Shown piece by piece: positions 1 to 11,830 of a DNA stretch of 64,000 bases (position 1 is the stretch's first letter; each line of letters opens with the position of its first letter). The position numbers and the translations under genes were made by a program. Source of the DNA: Callorhinchus milii (Eukaryota). The notes beneath the pieces are model-generated. The model saw only the letters and a program-made list of their open reading frames with translations, made no database searches and was not told the origin of the DNA. The stretch is taken from contig NW_024704742.1 of the NCBI RefSeq assembly GCF_018977255.1, positions 86,740,001-86,804,000 on the forward strand, in the 5' to 3' direction.

Positions 1-499
1 GCACAATCACTGCACATGTTTTGTCCTTAAAATAACCATTCTTAGTTTACCTCCTGTTCAATCAATGCCATGTAATACAAACACACCTCAAATAGCTGAG
101 GAAGTTACACACAAGCTAGAAGACAAACACGGTAGGTAATGTTTACAAAAAGCAGGAAGAAATGTCCATTAGCACTCAACAGATACAATAGCAGGCAGCA
201 GGCAAGACTTGCAGCGCTGTGTCTCGGCAACAACAAATAGCATTTATATAGAGCGTTTCACATTGGTTCATGTCTCGAAATGCCTTGCAGTGGCGGTGCT
301 AGACGCCAAATAGGGAGGATGGGGGAGGAGGGAGGTGACTGCAGACACAGTCAGGGAGACAGGTTTTTAGCAGTCTTCTAAACAAAAAACTTGCATTTAA
401 TATATTGTAATGCTTTCCATGTCAGGAAGATGTCTCAAAGCGCTTCACAGGATTTACTGCAAATTGCCAGCCAATTTGTGCACAGCAATATTCCACAAA

Positions 500-1250
500 C
501 AACAACAACAAGATGACATTTGTATAGCGCCTTTCACGTCGGGAGGACGTCCCAAGGCGCTGGACAGTGTACAGCATTTCAGACCTGAGCTGGAGTCAGG
601 GGGGGGAGAAGGGAGGGGAGGAGAAGGGGGGAGGCCATGGAGGGCTTTGTAGGTGAGGACCAGGATCTTGAACTGGATCCTCTAAAGGATAGGGAGCCAG
701 TGGAAGAGATGGGGTCACAGAGGTTGGTGTGGGAGAGGACACGGGCTACAGAGTTCTGGAGGGAGGAGTTGGGAGGCCGACAAGCAGAGCATTTACATAG
801 TCGAGCCTGGAGGTGATGAAGGCATGAACAAGAGTTTCAGTGGCCTGAGGGGTGAGGTAGTGGCGGAGTCGGGCGATGTTACGGAGGTGAGGAAAGGCAG
901 AGCTGGTCGTGGCTTGGATGTGGGGAAGAAAAGACAGTTGAGGGTCGAACAAGACACCTGGGGTCCTGACTAGGTTGGTGAGTTGAAGTGTGCAACCATG
1001 GAGGTTGATGCTGCCAGAGCCTGAGGTGCAGAGGCGCTGGTGTGAGCCAATCAGGAGGGCCTTAGTCTTGTTCACATTCAACTGTAGGAAATTTGCCCTC
1101 ATCCAGGACTTGATGTCCGACAGACAGTCTGTCAGGACAGCAGTGGTCCTGGAGTTGAGGGTGGAGGCAGAAAGATAGAGTTGGGTGTCATCCGCATACA
1201 TGTGGAAGTTGACCCCATGTCTGCAGATGATGTCACCAAGGGGGAGCATT
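500..1250 (-). mobile_element. L2 LINE 3' fragment (RT C-terminus and tail) with an internal deletion
   Basis: HMYADDTQLYLS...WMRANFLQLN...ETLVHAFITSRLDY; (caa)n tail at ~500. Confidence 0.92.
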
Positions 1251-1269
1251 TAGATATTAAAGAGATATC

Positions 1270-1455
1270 AAACAACCATGAAATGTTGCCCTGGACACTG
1301 TGATAAAAACTCTCTTCTCTTTTCAAATAGTGCCATGAGATCTTTAATGTCCACCTGAACAGGCAGACTGGACCTCAGTTTAACATCTCATCCAAAGAAC
1401 GTCACCTCCAACAATTCAACACTCGCAGTACTGCTGCTGAAGCGTCAGTCTACAA
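1270..1455 (-). mobile_element. Deu-domain tRNA-SINE relic
   Basis: Reverse of gatgagatgttaaactgaggtcc...ggacattaaagatctcatggcactattt, the central domain repeated across the window. Confidence 0.6.
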
Positions 1456-1494
1456 AATGTGATATATCCCATATTTATAATCCCCAAACAGAAA

Positions 1495-2260
1495 ACAGAG
1501 AGCATGGTAAAGGGTAGCTACTCAGACTGGCAGGGTGTGGGCAGTGGTGTTCCACAAGGATCAGTATTGGGACCATTGTTGTTCACAATATACATTAATG
1601 ATTTAATTTATATTGTCAGCAGTGCAATTTCAAAATTTGCAGATGACACCAAATTGGGGGGAGCAGTTAATACAGAGGAGGACTGCAACAAATTACAGCA
1701 AGACATTAGTAAACTTACTGAATGGGCATTTAAATGGCAAATGCATTTCACTGTAGAAAAGTGTGAGGTGATACATTTTGGTAGAAAGAATAAGGAAGTC
1801 ACATACATCCTGGAAAATAAAAACCTAAATGGGGTAGAGGAGCAAAGGGACCTATGGGTATACATACATAATTCACTAAAAGTAGCAATGCAGGTTAATA
1901 AGGCCATAAAAGAGGCAAACCAGGCATTGAGGTTCATTTCTAGAGGGATAGAAATGTAAAGCAGGGAAGTTATGGTAAACTTCTATAGAACCTCGGTTAG
2001 ACCACACTTAGAATACTTGTGTGCAGTTCTGGTCCCCACATTACAGAAGAGATGTAGAGGCACTGGAGAGGGTGCAAAGGAGATTCACAAAGATGATCCC
2101 AGAACTGAGAGGTTATAACCATCAGGAAAGGCTGAACATGCTTGGACTCATTTCTCTTGAAAAGAGGAGGATAAGGGGTGACCTGAAAGAGGTCTTTAAA
2201 ATGATGAAAGGTTTTGATAGGGTAGACATAGGGAAGATGTTTCCACTTGTGGGGGAGACC
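1495..2260 (+). mobile_element. CR1 LINE ORF2 fragment
   Basis: SGVPQGSVLGPLLFTIYINDL, SKFADDTKLGG, QFWSPHYRRDVEALERVQRRFTKM. Confidence 0.93.
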
Positions 2261-2261
2261 A

Positions 2262-2496
2262 CAAAAACGCTGCTGCGTTTCGCCCACAAATATACAGTCA
2301 ATTCACTTTATAGCAGTGTCCCACAAACAATCATGGATTGAAAATGACCAATTTATTATTGTTGTGTTTTTGGAGGGATTATTATTAGGCTCCGTGTGGA
2401 GTAAGGAAACTTGCCCAAGGTTTTGCCCTGCCTGGAATTGAACCCAGGTGTCTCGCTTGCAAGGCGAGTGCTCTAACCACTGAGCTACAGGACTCC
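2262..2496 (-). mobile_element. tRNA-derived SINE (short form), rearranged 3' part
   Basis: Head ggagtcctgtagctcagtggttagagc with A/B boxes on the minus strand. Confidence 0.85.
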
Positions 2497-2549
2497 ATGA
2501 TGCTGAAACAAAATTAAATGCTTTATGATTTGATTCAATTTGATGAAAG

Positions 2550-3090
2550 ACAGCCCGGAGAGCCTAGACTACTCTAATACCCTATTTGCCAGTCTCCCCA
2601 GCTCCACTACCCACAAACTATAACTGATTCAGAACTCTGCCACCCATATTCTCACCAACACTAAACTCCGTACCCCCATCACATAAGGCTCCACTGGCTC
2701 CCTATCACAGAACAAATCGATTTCAAGATCCTTTCACTCATCTACAAATCCTTTCACATCCTGGCACCTCCCTACCTTTCTGGCCTCCTTCTCCTCACTC
2801 CACTACCCACTGCCACTGCTTGGCTGGCTCTGGTCTCCTGTTTGTCCCTCGTCCACTCTGACCCACCAATGGCGGCCACATTTTCTTCCACTACAAAGCT
2901 TTGGAACTCCCTTTCACAATCCCTTCACCTTGCCTCCTCCTTCCCCTCTTTTAGATTGTTCTTCGACCGTGCTTACAGTCGCTTCCGCCCTCCTCCCGAC
3001 TTGGCATCAGGCTCCATCAGTGTTAAGCGCTCCAAAACACTGCCCCGCGTCAAGGGTGCAATATAAATGCTGCTGCTGTTGTTGTTGTTG
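2550..3090 (+). mobile_element. Older L2 3' fragment
   Basis: Degenerate RLDYSN/LHWLP region and (gtt)n tail. Confidence 0.8.
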
Positions 3091-3639
3091 AAAGCATTTG
3101 GTTAATGTTTTAATCACAAGCCAATTATTTAAAATTAAGGCCTGAATTTGTCAGAACAATGTGATATTATATTTTACCTTACACAAATTTGCTTTCAAAT
3201 GCTCTGAGACACTATCCTGTGTGAAGGGTCATATGTTGCTTTAATACAGCCAGACTCCATTGTAACGCAGTGGTTTCCAATCCATAAAATTAGACCCCAC
3301 TTTGTGATGGCTTGCTTATAAAAATGGTCTTCTACCCCTATAAGTTGCAAAACAACTTGCATTTATATATCGCCCTTCACATGATAGCATTTTGGAACAC
3401 TACACAGTGATGGGGTTGGATCCCGAGCAAGGGGAGATGATCAAAGGCGCCGTCAAAGAGGTAGACCTTAAAGTGGGTTGTATGCACAGGAAGTCAACCT
3501 GTCAGCACTGGAGGTTATAAGTGTAACACATGTCTTTTATACTATGGGTCTGTGGTGCACTCACGTAATATAGGGACCTAGTAAGATAATAATAATAATT
3601 GTACTTATTATAGTGCCTTATTACGTTGTTGATTTAATA

Positions 3640-4022
3640 ATAATAATATAATAATCCTTGCATTTGATATAGTCCCTTATCATGTCTTCGAGACATTTCA
3701 AAGCACTTCACAGGATACACTGTAAAGTGGAGTGAACAACACTTAATGTTTTGTAGGCAAAATGCAGCAGTCAATTGCACACGGTGGTGTCCTATAAACA
3801 ATCGTGGATTCAGTGACCAAATTATTATTGTTTAATTTTTTTTGAAGAGATTACTTCCTGCAGAAAACGATCTGCCAATCTACTAACAACCAGGTTCCTA
3901 TTTAATGCTAGGTAAACAGAAACGTGTGGTGTAAGGAAATGTGCTTAAGTTTCGCTCTGCCCAGGAATCGAACCCGAGTCCTCTCGCTTTCGAGGCAAGT
4001 GTTCTAAGCAATACACTACAGG
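3640..4022 (-). mobile_element. tRNA-derived SINE, long form
   Basis: Head at ~4022 (ggttcgattcc B box) through the (tta)n tail at ~3640. Confidence 0.82.
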
Positions 4023-4719
4023 ATTGGTTAGAACACTCGCCTCGACATGTGTTGATATATAATATCTGTCAAATACGCTACACCTGTGTAATACTGAAGT
4101 GGAGTGTGACACTGTGTGACTGATATGAACTCTCACTTTAAGTTGAGGGGGTGAAGTGAGATTTGGTTGTTCTGCGGCTGAGCAGCAATACAAACAAGCA
4201 CCGACCAACCCAGTCAGTGGTTATGGATTGCATATGTAAGGGTTGGGCAGTGAGGTGCTTGAGCAGAAAAGAATTTTTCAAAAATATTTTGTTTGAAACT
4301 GTTTAGATTTTGAATACGGAATACATATATTTAAGGGGATCAATTTTTTGTCAGTTAAGGGGAGTGTTCCATAATGCTAGTAAATGTGTTAAGCTTTCAT
4401 ATCAAAAGTATTTTAGCATTCAGCATTCGGACGTCACCTTCTTACTGTAAACCAAACGTAGCATCCCAGCCTCACCCATAGCTAAATACATTTCCAATTT
4501 CACTGTCTGTAACGTAGGCCTATGGCCTCTCTTTATATATACAAATGGGGCCACTTTAGAACTCAAAGCCATCTAACCAAATCAGTGCTACAAAGAAATA
4601 TGGCCAGGAAGAGTGGTTGAGGCCAAGATACAGCGTGATGCTGTGCTTGGTGGACTGACTGACTGAAATTGCATAGCTGAGTGGTGTTCTTCATTTGAAT
4701 CTCTCTTGTGAAATCGGAC

Positions 4720-5152
4720 AAATACAACATGCCCACATCTTGATTTTATACAAACTGGTTTCGACTTCAAGATCCTCACCCTTGTATTCAAATCCCTCCA
4801 CTCCTCTGCATCTCCCTACCTCTCTGACCTCCCCTCTCCTCAAAACAGTACCCGTGTTGCCTTCATTCCTCCGGATCTGGCTTCCTCCTCGTCCCCCGAG
4901 TCCTCCGCTCCAGCCTCGGCAGCCGTGCCTTCAGCGACTATGCCCCGAGGCTCTGGAATTCCCTTCCTCACTCCCTTCGCCTCGCTCTCTCTCTTCCTAT
5001 TTTCAGGTCCCTGCTGAAGACCTTTCTCCTCGACTGCGCCTTTGGTCACCTTCCTCCCCCTCCCCCTGGCTCGGCCCTAGGATCCGTTACTGTGAAGCAC
5101 TCTTGAGATGCCCTCCGGCGTGGAGGGCACTATATAAATCCATGTTGTTGTT
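4720..5152 (+). mobile_element. L2 3' fragment
   Basis: cgacttcaagatcctcacccttgt...aaatccatgttgttgttg. Confidence 0.8.
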
Positions 5153-7085
5153 GGTTTCAAGCTTGGATTTCTTAAATCCCTCAAATAGTTTAGCCTCAAG
5201 TAACTAAACAGATCACGTCTTTGTATAATTTGCAATTTTGTTGTGTGATTGTACGTAAGAGGACAATATAGTGAGCAACAACAACCTTATATAATACTTT
5301 TCGTGCAGTTAAAAGGGTTGCAAGGTAGACCCAGCGAGTTGCAGAGTAAAGATGGAAGATAAGGGAAGGGGCAGGAGGGAGGTAACCAAAGGCACAAGAG
5401 TTAGGTTTTCAGAAGGGTTTGGAAAGTGGAGATGGAGCGTGCACTAAACTAGCCATTGTCTTCCAGAATCAGCAACGAGGAGTTGTGCCTAGCTCAAGTG
5501 TAGTATAGGTTAACCTCCAGCAGTAATGTTCCTTCCACACGACCGCAACAGAACCACGTTGTTTATTCAGATCTGCGGTCATTCCTCATCACTCATATAC
5601 CTTTGAAAGAACAGAATCGCCCAAGGCAGGTAACGCTAGTGTAGTCACAAGCTTGCGAGCTTATATGAGCCATTGGCAAGTCAACACAAGAAAAGACCTG
5701 TCAGCTACTGGTTAATCCTTCTCTCACCAGTGAATCCTATGAAGTGCTTTGAGATGTCTTCCAGATATGAAAGTCACAGTATCACACGCAAGGAGTATTA
5801 TTCTTACTATATTAGTATTCATTTATTTTCTTCCAATGCATGAGGTGCAATTGTCAGAGTTTCAGAATCATCACGTCAAATATATTATGAAACTCTCCAA
5901 ACTTCTTAACATTTGATAATTATCACTGGCTCAGTATTCTTTCCCCCTCCCTCCCAACACTACCTACATTGAAATTAGCCATTTTCACCCTTACTTAACA
6001 ACATCTTGAACATTTCAGCTGTTGTCCTCCTTTGACATCAAGAAGGCACCGCTTGATAGCAGGAGAAGAGGAAACTATCAACTATCTGTATCCTCTGCAG
6101 TCTTCATCCGCCAGTTCTCACAACTGTGCAGGGTTTCATCTCCCCCACTCCCTACCACAACCACCACCACATGCACATTGAAGTGGGACTGAAAATTTCC
6201 AAGATACTGCCATGTTGTTGTAAAACACTGTGAAACAGCTTATACCAATGCAGATAAGTCGGTGGTTACTGAGTTCAGCAATAATTATCAACCGTGAAGA
6301 AATTTGAGGATATGATTGTTTCCTCTTCTGCTGATCTCAAACATTGTCTCCATAATGTCAGATGGAAGGAGGGAGGGCACTTGACATGTTCAACACAGAT
6401 CCATGATGCTGTTAAAACACTGTGAACGCATGTCCATTATCATCAGTCTAATGTCTTCTAATTCTTAACTTTAATTGGGACGTCCTCCCGACGTGAAAGG
6501 TATCTATACAAATGTAATTTTGTGGTTGTTGTTGTAATTGAGAAGGGAGTTTCTCCTGGTGCCTTGGCCAACAATTCCACTAAATAAAATTGGTTATTTG
6601 TTCCATGGCTGTTTTGGGGGCATTGCTGCACGGAATCAGACTGCTGTGTTCACCTACAAAATCCACAGTCAATATACTTCACTGTAAATCCCGTGAATTT
6701 AATCTTTGAGATATCCTGCTGAAAAGGAAATGTGCTATACCAAAGACAATTATTATTATAATTATTATAATTATTAATAACAAGGAAGGTGTTATGATTG
6801 CCTTTCTAAACAGAAACAGGCCACTCAGCCCAACAAGTCTATGTTAGTGTTTATACTCCACACAAGCCCTTAACCCTCTTATTCCCCTCTCGTAAACTCT
6901 CTACTCCCTTCTCTCTTATGGATTCAAACTTAATTATATTGTGTATTTTCTAAGGTCAACCATCAGCTCTGGTCCAAGTGTGTGGAAATGGAAAGTGGTA
7001 AACTACATTTCAGGGCCCAGGTTGAAATACAGCTATTTGACATCAAACCCTGCTAAAAAACATTTGATAAAATCTAAATAAATCA

Positions 7086-7520
7086 TCAACAACAACTTGC
7101 ACTTATATAGCGCCCTCCATGCAGGGTAGCGTCTCAGAGCGCTTAATGGTGGCAGAGCCTGACTCCGACCCAGCGGTGGGGGAGGTGGCCGTAAGCACGG
7201 GGATCAAAGAGGATGGTCTTCCGGCAGGACTTGACAAAGGGGCGAGTGGGGACAAGGCAGAGGGATTGACGGAGAGTGTTCCAGAGTTTCAGGCGTAGTG
7301 GTTGAAAGCACGACCTCCAAAAGTGGGGTGGGATGTGCAAGGGATGAGCAGCAGGCCAGTGCCAGTCGAGGGGAGGTGCCGGGTGGTGGATTGGGGAGTG
7401 AGGAGTTCAGAGAGGTAGGGATGTGCCAGGGAGTGAAGGAATTTGACTACAAGTGTGAAGATCCAACATTGTTTAAATAGAAAGCTCAACCAATTCCTCG
7501 GAGCAGGAAATAGCATGGAT
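7086..7520 (-). mobile_element. L2 3' fragment
   Basis: (caa)n tail and GGRAFNHYA...LWNTL. Confidence 0.8.
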
Positions 7521-9671
7521 GCAATAAATAAATGCTGTGCTGTGCGAAATTTTCGTTGTCTTTTCAGTCACAAGAGGAAAGAGAGATACCACTAAACCCT
7601 TTAGACATTCTTTTATGTGAAAGAAGAAATATAAATGTAAGACTTTGTTGTTGCAAACAGACCATATGAGATCATCTGGGCCTCAGCGTATGGACTTCAT
7701 TACAGATACAAGACATTCGCTGTGATACCTGCTGCCATGAGCACCACTTGCTGCCCACAGAAACCAGGTTAGAAACTGTTTATTACAGTTACCTCAAGTG
7801 ACACTTTACCGCTGAATGGCAGCATTTCTGTGCAGATTACTAGGTGAATACTGTAATAATCCTTGCATTCAATATACAGCACGAAAACAGATTGTGTCGC
7901 TTCAGGGAAAGATTGCGCACTGCATTCCAGATAAGGGAAATTTCCATTTGTGGGTGGCATCCATGTGTTGAACCTTCAGCCAGATTTAGATATTCTTAAC
8001 CATGGTGACAGGTTTCAGTGTGTGTCAGACATCCAATTGACCGAAAAGCTGACCAAATTAGCTCTAATTTTTAGATGACCGATCCCCTCTGATTTGGGTT
8101 CTTCTAGCAGAGGGAAGAGTCATTCTACCTGTCTGGCTCACAAATGACTCTCTCCATTGCCCCTTTGTCAAGTGTCTAACCTCAGAGCCAGCTTGACCCT
8201 CAGAGATACCCCTTACTCACTGCCCTGCCTGAGGACATTTTACCACCTTACAATGCACCAAGTGCCCAGATGCCAGAAACATTTCCTTCCATGTTGGTAT
8301 TATATATTTTACGCTATGATTTCCGCAAACATGCTCAACACTCCCACCTCAGCATCTTTCTAAATGATTCCTCTTCAATCTTCAGAATAGTTCAAACCTT
8401 GACTCACAGAATAGAAAATTCTAACATTTACTCAAGTTCAAATAAACCATTCCAAGAGTCACAGGAAGTCTCTCAGCATGAGGTTTATTAATTACACACA
8501 CCATACCAGCCAATTAGTTCAATTTGGGCAGCATACTTCATTGCTTATGTTTCTCGTAATGTATCATAAGTCTATTAACTGCCCAGAACAGTCAATTTTG
8601 TTAACCCAAAACAGATTAGTAACCCAAATGAATTTCAGTGGAAACCAGATGAACCCATATAAGCATAATGGATAAAATGGAGTTGATGTACATTAAACTG
8701 TGAATCTCCTCTGACTTGCCTTCATCTTACAATCTACAGATATTTGAAATGCAAGCTTTGCATTACCCAGTTGATACCTCTTGAGATATTTCATCTTCTC
8801 TCCTACATTTTTGTGGAGAATTTGTGGAATTTTCACATCAGGAAGAGGTCCCAAGCTGCTTAACAATACTTGCTTGGCACCCAAGTGGGCTGTGAAGGGG
8901 AAAGATGACCGAAAGCACAGTCAAAGAGGTAGGTCTTAAGCAGACCTTGAACAACAATAATAATTAAAAGTATCCAAATCAAATTGAGAATTCCATGCAT
9001 CCCACCTACACATGGAAATTCCAGAGATAAAATTGTCTAAAAATATCCTCGGGTGGTGTTGATTGGATCTCCCTGGACTTGTCCTGAGGAAATACACCTG
9101 GCAAAAGCTAGCAGTAATCCAGTAATCCATGATATTGTGCGTAGCTGCCTGTCTGGTTTATGAAGGAGCGAGTCATTTGTGAGCCAGACCTGGCCTCCAA
9201 GTGAAAGTGCTATTGATACGGTATTCCTAGCTGGTTTGTTCTATGAATATTACTATTGCTTCTGACTGGCAATTTTATTAATAAAATAATAATCCTTGCA
9301 TTTGATATAGCGCTTTTCACATCTTGGAGATGTCTCAAAGTGCTTCAACAGAATATATTGGTAAAGTGAATCGACTGTATCATTGTGAGCGAATTTTACC
9401 TGGTAACATGCAACTTATTATTTGAGGCAGTTTGGTTTCTTGAATTGAAAAATGTTCATGGAAAGGGTGAAATCCAAATGTGTTTCCTATGAAAGCTTAA
9501 AAATATAGAATTTTTGGAGAACAAAAATCGCTGTATGACTTGGCTACTTTGAGATAAAAGGTTTAGAGACAATGTCCTCCCAACTCAATGGGCCAGTACT
9601 GTCTAACCACTATCTAACCAATGGCTTACAGTGTCCTTTTATTCAGAGAGATTTTGAAAGTTCCGGTTTAC

Positions 9672-10640
9672 AACAATACAACAACAACAAGATTACATTT
9701 GTATAGCACCTTTCATGTCTGGAGGACATCCCAAGGCACTGGACAAAGTACAGCATTTCAGACCCGAGCTGGGGTTGGGGAGAGAAGGGAGGGGAGAAGA
9801 AGGGGGGTGGCTGATGGCATGGTCGAAGAGGAGGGTCTTGAGGTGGGACTTGAAGGAGGCTAAGGAGGGGGCAAGGCGCAGTGACTGTGGATGGAATTCC
9901 AGAGGTTGGGGGCAGAGTGGCTGAAGGCTCTCCAGCCAATGGTGGGGCGGGTGGGTCGGGGAACATGGAGCAGGCCGGAGCCGGATGAGCGGAGGGAACG
10001 GGTGGGTTAGTAGGGGGTTAGGAAGTCGCAGAGATAGAGTGGGGAGAGGCCATGGAGGGCTTTGTATGTGAGGACCAGGATCCTGAACTGGATCCTCTGA
10101 AGGATAGGGAGCCAATGGAGTCGGGTGAGAGTGTGGGAGATGGGTTCACAGAGGTTGGTGCGGGAGAGGACACAGGCTGCAGAGTTCTGGGTTATCTGCA
10201 GCCTGTGGAGGGAGGAGTTGGGAAGGCCGACACACAGGGCATTTGCATAGTCGAGCCTGGAGGTGATGAAGGCATGAACAAGAGTTTCAGTGGCCTGAGG
10301 GGTGAGGTAGTGGTGGAGTCGGGCGATGTTACGGTGGTGAGGGAAGGCAGAGCGGGTCATGGCTTGAATGTGGGGGAGAAAAGACAGTTGAGGGTCAAAC
10401 AAGACACCTAAGTTCCTGACTGGTTTGGTGAGTTGAAGTGTGCAACCGTGGAGGTCGATGCTGTCAGAGCCTGAGATGCAGAGGCGCTGGCGCGAGCCAA
10501 TCAGGAGGGCCTCAGTATTGTTGACATTCAACTGTAGGAAATTTGCCCTCATCCAGGACTTGATGTCCGACAGACAGTCTGTCAGGACAGCAGTGGTCCT
10601 GGAGTTGAGGGTGGAGGCAGAAAGATAGAGTTGGGTGTCA
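9672..10640 (-). mobile_element. Young L2 3' ~970 bp
   Basis: 214-aa open RT C-terminus (DTQLYLS...LHWLPILQRIQFRILVLTYKAL) and intact tail. Confidence 0.93.
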
Positions 10641-10902
10641 ATAACTTGCAATTATATAGCGCCCTTCATGCTGGATAGTGTCCCGGAGCCCTTAGGAGTG
10701 CAGAGTCTGACCCCGAATCAGGGGGTGAGGGAGGGGGGAGGTGACCGTAAGCACAATCAATGAAGAAGGTCTTTAGGTGGGATTTGAAAGTGGAGAATGA
10801 GGGGGCAAGGGGGAGGGATTGGGGGAGAGAGTTCCAACAACAACAACAAAATTACATTTATATAGTGCCTTTCACGTCAGGAGGACCGTCCCAAGGCGCT
10901 GG
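10641..10902 (-). mobile_element. Two additional stacked L2 tails
   Basis: Tail of a second L2 subfamily at 10641-10833, then (caa)n plus a hairpin tail at 10834-10902. Confidence 0.75.
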
Positions 10903-11624
10903 TAAGTTTACTTCAGCAGAAGTCTGAATTGTATACATGCAAATCCACAACTACTGCAGAATAATCTGTCAACCGATGCTTCATTTGCTAGATTCTATCC
11001 ATTGTAAACATTATATTCTAAGCTCTTTGTGAATCTAAAATTGTCATTTTTTGCTAATAAAATTCACACATTTACCCATCAATCTACATTGTATCACAAA
11101 TAAATCCCTCTCTCCTAAAACCATACTTTCCTTTTTTCTTTGACTGCATTTTTGGTCATCTTTCCCCTTCTCATTCCCTTGGCTCCCACCTCCAGCTTGG
11201 ATGCCAAGCCATTATTAAGCTCTTTGAGAGGTCCTTCCAACATGAAAGGTAATATAGAAATGTATATTTGAATTGTATTTTTTCATTCTACAGTTTTGCT
11301 AAAAAAAGGACTTGGGAAAAAAAGCCAGAATCAATTTTGAAGACTGTCTCCTGGACATCTTCAATTTAATACAAGAAACCTTGTGTTTATTTATAATTGA
11401 TATTGTTGGCCGAATGTATTTGTGAGCCTTCTGCAGGCCTTTCTGAGATTGATTGGCTTCCGGGTTACCTGCTATTCCAATCATTTATGTATAAACACGT
11501 GCTCTCTAATGATTCCATCAAACCGGGGTGGGAGTTAGTGATAGAGCAGTATGTGATAATTATCATCAGTATTAATTATCACATTAAATGCTACATTTAT
11601 TCTCCTAATATACTTTCTTAGATA

Positions 11625-11830
11625 ATAAACCCTCAAAAAAATAAAACAATAATAAATTGGTCACTTCAAAACCATGACTGCTTGTGGGACACTGCTGTGT
11701 GCAATTGGCTGCCGCATTTCGCCCACAAATATACAGTCAATTCACTTTACAGTCTATTCTGTGAAGCGCTTTGAGACACCTAGAAGACATGAAAAGTGCT
11801 ATATCAAATGCAAGGATTATTATTATTATC
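11625..11830 (+). mobile_element. SINE 3' half
   Basis: tgtgggacactgctgtgtgcaattggctgcc...atcaaatgcaaggattattatt. Confidence 0.8.
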
